The position numbers and the translations under genes are program-made. Shown here in pieces: positions 46,921-52,481 of a stretch of DNA of 52,481 nt. Numbering within the stretch: the first letter of the stretch is position 1; each line of letters starts with the position of its first letter. The notes beneath the pieces were generated by a model that had not been told where the DNA came from, searched no databases, and saw only the letters and a program-made list of their open reading frames with translations. Source of the DNA: Acidobacteriota bacterium (GTDB taxonomy: Bacteria; Acidobacteriota; Vicinamibacteria; Fen-336); contig JAJDNV010000255.1 of the NCBI GenBank assembly GCA_022340545.1, positions 1-52,481 on the forward strand. The letters are read 5' to 3'.

Positions 46921-46957
46921 ACTCCGGGAACGCCGAGTCGAGCGACGTTCCCGGAGT
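46921..46957. terminator. Hairpin between convergent genes, probable terminator
   Basis: 12-bp perfect stem ACTCCGGGAACG/CGTTCCCGGAGT just after the stop codon, followed by ATTCCGTTT. Confidence 0.55.
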
Positions 46958-47079
46958 ATTCCGTTTGGACTGCGAAAGCTACGGAGCGCGGAAGATGTTC
47001 TCGGACTCCTTGCCGTCCTCCGGAGAATGGACGGTCAGGGGACTGATCTCCCGGAATCTGTCTGCCTGCCTCCAGGCCC

Positions 47080-48660
47080 TCACCGTCTCTCGACTCGCAG
47101 CAGCACGTTCTCCCGGGGACCATCGGCCAGCACCCGGGTCTCGACGGAGCCCATCGCCTCCAGCCGGCGGCGTTCCCCGGGCCCGACGATGACGAGCGTC
47201 GGCCCCTCCTTGGCCGCCTGGAGGACCTCTTCGCCGCCGCTCACCTCGCGGACCTTCCCGTCGTTGTAGAAGTAGCCGGCCATCCACGCGGTGCGCCGCG
47301 CCCCCCAGGCCAGCACCTCGCGGCCCATCGTCGGGATGAAGAGCCGGCGACCGGACTCGTGCCGCGCCAGGATCGGCGGTGCGGCCAGGGTGACGAGCAG
47401 AAGCAGGCCGGCGGAGCCGATCCGCAGCAGGCGCAGGGCGCCCGCCGGGTCGGTCCCGACGCGGCGCGAGAAGAGGAAGGTCACGGCCAGCGCCCACAGG
47501 GCGAAGGGGACGGCGGAGCGCCACAGTGGCTCGTGCATGCGGAACAAGAGGAAGGCGGGCGTGGTGGCCACCAGCGCCCCGAGGACCAGGCCCACGAGCG
47601 CGGTGACGCGCCCCGAGAGATATCGCTCGGGCGCCGCGGCCGAGACGAGGCGGTCGGCGGCCCGGCCCATGAGGATGGCGAGCGGGGGCACGCACGGGAG
47701 GATGTAGCCGGGAAGCTTCGAGCCGGCGAGCGAGAAGAGCAGAAGGGGCAGCCCGAGCCAGAGGAGAGCGAAGAGGTCGCTCCGCGACCCCCGGGGGCGG
47801 AGCCCGGCGAGTCCCGGCACCGCCAGCCCGGACCAGGGGAAGAGGCCGGCGAGCAGGATCGGGAGGTAGTACCAGAGGGGCCCCGGGTGGTGATGGATGG
47901 TCGACGTGAAGCGCTGCAGGTTGTGGTTGAGTACGAACACGTCGATGAACTGGCGGCCCTGGTCGACGAGGATCGCGACGTACCACGGGGCCGCCACGAC
48001 CACGAACGCTCCCACCGCCAGCGGCGACACCGCCTCGCGCGCCACGCGCCATTGCCGTGTGGCCAGGACCAGGCCCCCCAGCACGAGAAGAGGCAACAGC
48101 AGGCCCAGGGGGCCCTTGGCCAGCGTGGCCAGCCCCGCGAACGCGGCGGCGGCGGGGAGGGCGTGGGGCCCGGCCATTCCCAGCACGCGCAGCCCGCCGA
48201 GGCCGATGGCCGCCGTCACCGTGGCCGCGAGCAGCATGTCCATCGAAGCGGCCCGGCCGTAGGCGAACATGAGGACCGAGGTTCCGGCAACGAAGCCGGC
48301 ATGCAGGCCCGCCGCGGTGCCGTAGAGGCGTGCGCCCACGAACATCGTCACGCCCACCAGCAGGAGGGTGGCCAGGACCGAGGGCAGTCGGGCCGCGGTC
48401 TCCGTCTCGCCGAGGAGCGAGAAGGCGCCCCCGGCCAGCCAGTAGAAGAGCGGGGGCTTCTCGAGCCAGGGCTCGCCCTGCAGCGTCGGTGTCACCCACT
48501 CGCCGGCACGGTGCATCTCCACCGCGACTCGGGTGTAGCGCGGCTCGTCGGGCCCCAGCAGGGGCACCACCCCGAGACGGAGCACGAGCAGGGCGGCCAC
48601 GAGAGCCAGGAGCACCGCCGCGCTGCGGGGGGGAAGCGCTTGGGTCATCGGCGGCGCCAT
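47080..48660 (-). CDS. ArnT/PMT-like glycosyltransferase (GT39/GT83)
   Basis: PDEPRY, EKPPLFYW, ARLPS, LAKGP, SKLPGYILP; many TM helices. Confidence 0.88.
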   Translation of the reverse strand: MAPPMTQALPPRSAAVLLALVAALLVLRLGVVPLLGPDEPRYTRVAVEMHRAGEWVTPTLQGEPWLEKPPLFYWLAGGAFSLLGETETAARLPSVLATLLLVGVTMFVGARLYGTAAGLHAGFVAGTSVLMFAYGRAASMDMLLAATVTAAIGLGGLRVLGMAGPHALPAAAAFAGLATLAKGPLGLLLPLLVLGGLVLATRQWRVAREAVSPLAVGAFVVVAAPWYVAILVDQGRQFIDVFVLNHNLQRFTSTIHHHPGPLWYYLPILLAGLFPWSGLAVPGLAGLRPRGSRSDLFALLWLGLPLLLFSLAGSKLPGYILPCVPPLAILMGRAADRLVSAAAPERYLSGRVTALVGLVLGALVATTPAFLLFRMHEPLWRSAVPFALWALAVTFLFSRRVGTDPAGALRLLRIGSAGLLLLVTLAAPPILARHESGRRLFIPTMGREVLAWGARRTAWMAGYFYNDGKVREVSGGEEVLQAAKEGPTLVIVGPGERRRLEAMGSVETRVLADGPRENVLLRVERR

Positions 48661-48691
48661 CCTACAATCCAACACGCGGAGGGCAAAGTCC

Positions 48692-49495
48692 TTGAGCTGG
48701 CGACACGTGGCGGTGGCGACGGAAGCGGTGGTGCAGGCGGGGGCGATCCAGCTCGAGCGCTACGGACAGGGCGTCAAGGTCGACTACAAGGGCGAGATCG
48801 ACCTCGTGACCGAGGTCGATCACGCCTGCGAGGCGGCGATCCTGGACGTCATCCGCTCGCGCTTCCCCGACCACGACATCGTGACCGAGGAGCAGGACCT
48901 CGCCCGCACCGGCTCACGCTACGTCTGGCTGATCGACCCCCTCGACGGGACGATCAACTTCGCCCACGCCTACCCCATGTTCTCTGCGTCGGCGGCCCTG
49001 GCGGTGGACGGAGAGGTGGTGGCCGGCGCGGTGTTCGATCCCATCCGCGACGAGCTGTTCACCGCGGAGAAGGGAGCGGGGGCCCATCTCAACGGTCGAC
49101 GCCTGGGTGTCACGAGGGCGGACGCCCTCATCCGAAGCCTGATCATCACCGGGTTTCCCTACGACCTGCACCAGAGGCTCGTCGAGAGGCTGCGGCCCTT
49201 CGTCCGTGTCATGGCCCGGGCGCGTGCGGTGCGCCGGGCAGGCTCGGCCGCCATCGACCTCTCCTACGTGGCGGCGGGGCGCGCCGACGGGTTCTGGGAG
49301 GCGGTCCTGAAGCCCTGGGACATGGGGGCGGGGCGCCTCATGGTCCAGGAAGCCGGGGGACGGGTTACCCGCTTCGACGGAACCCCGGTGAGCCTCGGAC
49401 CGGACGAGATCGTCGCCACGAACGGCCTCATCCACGACGAGCTCATGACGGTGCTCCGCGAGGAGGCGAGCACGGCCGAGGCGGCGCTGGTGTAG
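48692..49495 (+). CDS. suhB: Inositol monophosphatase family protein
   Basis: DLVTEVD, TEE, IDPLDGTINF, GSAA, WDMGAG. Confidence 0.9.
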   Translation: MSWRHVAVATEAVVQAGAIQLERYGQGVKVDYKGEIDLVTEVDHACEAAILDVIRSRFPDHDIVTEEQDLARTGSRYVWLIDPLDGTINFAHAYPMFSASAALAVDGEVVAGAVFDPIRDELFTAEKGAGAHLNGRRLGVTRADALIRSLIITGFPYDLHQRLVERLRPFVRVMARARAVRRAGSAAIDLSYVAAGRADGFWEAVLKPWDMGAGRLMVQEAGGRVTRFDGTPVSLGPDEIVATNGLIHDELMTVLREEASTAEAALV

Positions 49496-49579
49496 CCCAA
49501 CTGGCAGAGGCCGCCGACCTGCCCACCGGGACGGGCGCCCTGCGCTTCGAATGGGTTGAAGCAGCCGGGCCCCGGCGGT

Positions 49580-51352
49580 ATGGTGCGCCACGGAACGGTG
49601 GCCTATCAGAACGGAAGTCTCGAAGCCCTCGTCGAGATCCTGGCCGACTCCACGATCGTGGTCGACTCGTCGGGCTCGGTCACGCAGGTCAACGCCTCCG
49701 CCGAGGCGCTGCTCGGGTGGAGCCGGGACGACCTCGTGGGGCAGCCGGTGGAGGTGCTCGTCCCGGAGGGGTTGCGCGAGGCCCACGCCGGGCACCGGGA
49801 CGCGTACGCCTCCGAGGCGGAGTCCCGCCCCATGGGCCCCGGGCGCGAGCTTTCGGCGGTGCGCCGCGACGGCACCGAGGTGGCGGTCGACATCAGCCTC
49901 AGCCCGCTCGAACGGGACGGCGAGCGGCTCGTCATGTGCCTGCTGCGAGACGTCTCCGAGATGCGAGATCGGCTGGCGCGGATGCAGCACATCGTCGACG
50001 CCTTGCCCGGGATCTTCTACATCTTCGACGCCGAGGGCCGGCTTCGCTACTGGAACCGGACCGTGGAGACGTTGATCGGTTATTCCGCCGAGGAACTCGC
50101 GGGGAAGCACATCCTCGACTTCATCCACCCTGACGATCGTGACCAGGTGGCTCGGGAGACCGGGCGCGTGTTCACCGAGGGGACGGGTCGCGCCGAGTAC
50201 CGGCTGCTCCTCAAGGACGGCCGCACGGTTCCCCACATCGGCAACGGCGCGCGGTGTCGTCTCGACGGCGAGGACCACCTGGTGGGCCTCGCCGTCGACG
50301 TCAGCGCGCTCCGCGAGACCGAGCGGCAGCTCGAGGAGCGGATCGCCGAGGTGAACGAGCTCCGCCGGCGGCTGGAGCTCGAGAACCTCTACCTGCGGGA
50401 AGAGGTCAAGCTCGTCCATCGCCACGGCGACATCAACGGCGACAGCCCGGCGATCCGCGCCGTGCTGGCCCAGGTGGAGAAGGTGGCGACTACCGAGGCG
50501 AGCGTGCTCCTGCTGGGGGAGACGGGCACCGGCAAGGAGCTCCTCGCCCAGCGGATCCATGACCTCAGCCCAAGAAGCGGGCGGCCGCTGATCAAGGTCA
50601 ACTGTGCGGCGTTGCCGCCGACGCTGATGGAGAGCGAGCTGTTCGGCCGCGAGAAGGGCGCCTACACGGGCGCCGTCTCCCGCGAGGCCGGCCGCTTCGA
50701 GCTGGCGGACGGCTCCACGCTCTTCCTGGACGAGGTGGGCGAGCTGTCGCTCGACCTGCAGACCAAGCTGCTGCGGGTGCTCCAGGAGGGCGAGTACGAG
50801 CGCGTCGGCAGCCCCCGGACCCGGAAGGTGGACGTGCGCATCGTCGCCGCCACCAACCGCGACCTGGCCGAGGCGGTGCGGGAGGGAGACTTCCGCAAGG
50901 ACCTCTTCTACCGCCTGAACGTCTTCCCGATCCAGGTGCCGCCACTGAGAGAGCGACGCGAGGACATCCCCCTGCTGGTGTGGGCGTTCGTCGAGGAGCT
51001 GGGTCGCAGCACGGGACGCACGATCGACAGGATCTCCCAGGGGGCCATGGAGCGGCTCCAGGGGTACGCCTGGCCGGGCAACGTGCGGGAGCTGAGAAAC
51101 GTCGTCGAGCGCTCCATGATCCTGAGCCACGGCGGCACGCTTCAGATCGCCCTCCCCGCCGCCGGCGAATCCGTCTCCGACCAGGAGCTCACCCTGGACG
51201 AGGTGCAGCGCCGCCACATCCGTCGAGTCCTGGAGATGACGAGCGGTCGCATCAGCGGCCCAGGAGGGGCGGCCGAGCTGCTCGGCCTCAAGCCCACCAC
51301 GCTTCGGTCCCGCATGGAGCGCCTCGGGCTCAATCCCCGCGCCCACGAGTGA
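49580..51352 (+). CDS. Sigma54-dependent activator, PAS-PAS-AAA+-HTH
   Basis: Two PAS domains; [32 protein letters not shown]; start may be GTG 49598. Confidence 0.92.
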   Translation: MVRHGTVAYQNGSLEALVEILADSTIVVDSSGSVTQVNASAEALLGWSRDDLVGQPVEVLVPEGLREAHAGHRDAYASEAESRPMGPGRELSAVRRDGTEVAVDISLSPLERDGERLVMCLLRDVSEMRDRLARMQHIVDALPGIFYIFDAEGRLRYWNRTVETLIGYSAEELAGKHILDFIHPDDRDQVARETGRVFTEGTGRAEYRLLLKDGRTVPHIGNGARCRLDGEDHLVGLAVDVSALRETERQLEERIAEVNELRRRLELENLYLREEVKLVHRHGDINGDSPAIRAVLAQVEKVATTEASVLLLGETGTGKELLAQRIHDLSPRSGRPLIKVNCAALPPTLMESELFGREKGAYTGAVSREAGRFELADGSTLFLDEVGELSLDLQTKLLRVLQEGEYERVGSPRTRKVDVRIVAATNRDLAEAVREGDFRKDLFYRLNVFPIQVPPLRERREDIPLLVWAFVEELGRSTGRTIDRISQGAMERLQGYAWPGNVRELRNVVERSMILSHGGTLQIALPAAGESVSDQELTLDEVQRRHIRRVLEMTSGRISGPGGAAELLGLKPTTLRSRMERLGLNPRAHE

Positions 51353-51384
51353 CGACATATCGTATCGCTAACGTCATATCGTCA
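51350..51384. promoter_or_regulatory. Tandem candidate enhancer sites
   Basis: TGACGACATATCGTAT (51350-51365) and TAACGTCATATCGTCA (51369-51384), both approximating TGACG-N6-CGTCA, 100-135 bp upstream of the -24 box. Confidence 0.65.
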
Positions 51385-51484
51385 AGCTGAAGCATCTCCC
51401 TCAGCGGGCGCCGCGACGGGCGATCGGGCGCTAAAGACCTGACCTGGAGGGGCTTGTCTCGCAGCAGCCTCGGTCGTTCGACCT

Positions 51485-51500
51485 TGGCACGCGCCGTGCC
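51485..51500 (+). promoter_or_regulatory. Sigma54 -24/-12 promoter
   Basis: TGGCAC-GCGCC-GTGCC downstream of a sigma54 activator, 40 bp before the ABM ORF. Confidence 0.7.
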
Positions 51501-51540
51501 TCTCATCTCGAGGACGAACCCACGGTCAGGAGTCCTTGAA

Positions 51541-51915
51541 TTGATCACGAGCACACTGCGGATGGTGTTCACCGGGCCGGCGCGCGATGAGGCGCTCCAG
51601 GTGCTGCGCACGCTGTGGGGACCGGTGCGCTCCCACCCCGGTTGCCTGGCCACGCGGCTGATGCGGGACGATCAGGACGAGCGAGTCCTCACCTGGGTCG
51701 AGCACTGGCAGACCCGGGAGGACCACGAGCGACACGTCCGCTCCGACACCTTCCGGCGCCTCCTGGCCGTGATGGACCTGGCCGCCGAGCCGCCCCTGCT
51801 CGAAGTGGACGAGGTGGAGCGCCGCCAGGGATTCGAGAGTGTCGAGCAGCTGCGGGGCGCGGCTCCGCTCATGAGCCTCAACGTCGATTCGACCCGGAAA
51901 CGAGGAGTGAAATGA
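51541..51915 (+). CDS. Antibiotic biosynthesis monooxygenase (ABM) family protein
   Basis: HPGCL, WVEHWQTREDHERHVRS; TTG start after AGGAG. Confidence 0.82.
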   Translation: MITSTLRMVFTGPARDEALQVLRTLWGPVRSHPGCLATRLMRDDQDERVLTWVEHWQTREDHERHVRSDTFRRLLAVMDLAAEPPLLEVDEVERRQGFESVEQLRGAAPLMSLNVDSTRKRGVK

Positions 51916-52481
51916 CTCGTTCGAGAGCGAGAACGATCTGGATGGCGGGAGCGCTAGTGTGCGCCTGGGTCGGAGTGGCCTCTGCCCAGCAGCAGCTGGA
52001 CCGGACCGTGCTGCCCATCCAGGAGCCGGACCCGCCGACCTACAGCGAGCTCGACGTGCGCAATGTGAAGACGCCGCCACGCTTCGAGGTCCGCGCGCCC
52101 AAGGGAGCGCCGAACGTCGTGATCGTGCTGATCGACGACATCGGCTTCGGCGGCCCCAGCACCTTCGGCGGGCCGATCCAGACGCCGACCCTGGACAGGC
52201 TGGCGGCGGACGGCCTCCGGTTCAACAACTTCCACACCACCGCGCTGTGCTCGCCCACCCGGAACGCCCTCAAGACGGGACGCAATCATCACACCACCAA
52301 TACGGGCTCGATCATGGAGACCGCGACGGCGTTTCCGGGAAACACCGGCCAGGTCCCCAACAGCGTGGCACCCCTGGCCGAGATGCTGCGTCTCAACGGC
52401 TACAGCACCGGCGCCTTCGGCAAGTGGCACGAGACCGCGGCCTGGGAGACCAGCGTCTCGGGCCCCTACGATCGTTGGCCC
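51912..52481 (+). CDS. Arylsulfatase (3'-truncated by window edge; absent from ORF track)
   Basis: Manual translation: signal peptide, PNVVIVLIDDIGFG, ALCSPTR formylglycine motif, GYSTGAFGKWH; ATGA overlap with ABM. Confidence 0.92.
   Translation, partial: MTRSRARTIWMAGALVCAWVGVASAQQQLDRTVLPIQEPDPPTYSELDVRNVKTPPRFEVRAPKGAPNVVIVLIDDIGFGGPSTFGGPIQTPTLDRLAADGLRFNNFHTTALCSPTRNALKTGRNHHTTNTGSIMETATAFPGNTGQVPNSVAPLAEMLRLNGYSTGAFGKWHETAAWETSVSGPYDRWP

Overview
High-GC bacterial chromosomal segment, probably Acidobacteriota (Vicinamibacteria-like). The taxonomy is inferred from gene repertoire only. Left to right: (1) cydDC. (2) A redox/Fe-S accessory cluster: Tat-exported C-GCAxxG-C-C protein, stand-alone TsaA/TrmO, and an OrpR-type Cys-PAS sigma54 activator. 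The activator has a visible enhancer palindrome and -24/-12 promoter facing a small CxxC protein, an atypical OYE/FadH-like flavoenzyme, a CGC protein and DUF302. (3) An MBL hydrolase plus Tat alkaline-phosphatase-family operon. (4) pdhABC. (5) A membrane FHA protein divergent from a large NAD-glutamate dehydrogenase, followed by gdhA and a receiver-domain/ATP-grasp/phospho-His 'PEP-synthase-like' protein. (6) Exported hydrolases and oxidoreductases. (7) DsrE, TusA and DUF885 in a less GC-biased patch beside tRNA-Phe. (8) recA, a histone-H1-like fusion, M1 peptidase, DUF721/DciA, Zn-ribbon pseudo-receiver, maf, and a degenerate ResB/CcsA-like pair. (9) aroKA, RsbW-like, ArnT-like GT, IMPase, and a second sigma54 activator with its promoter, ABM and arylsulfatase (truncated). 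Best candidates for undescribed systems: the dual-GDH locus with its putative dikinase-type signalling protein, FHA protein and structured gdhA leader; the OrpR-like regulon with non-ORP targets; and the ResB/CcsA-like pair lacking heme ligands. No CRISPR array, integrase or transposase was seen. All family calls are by motif recognition, not database search.
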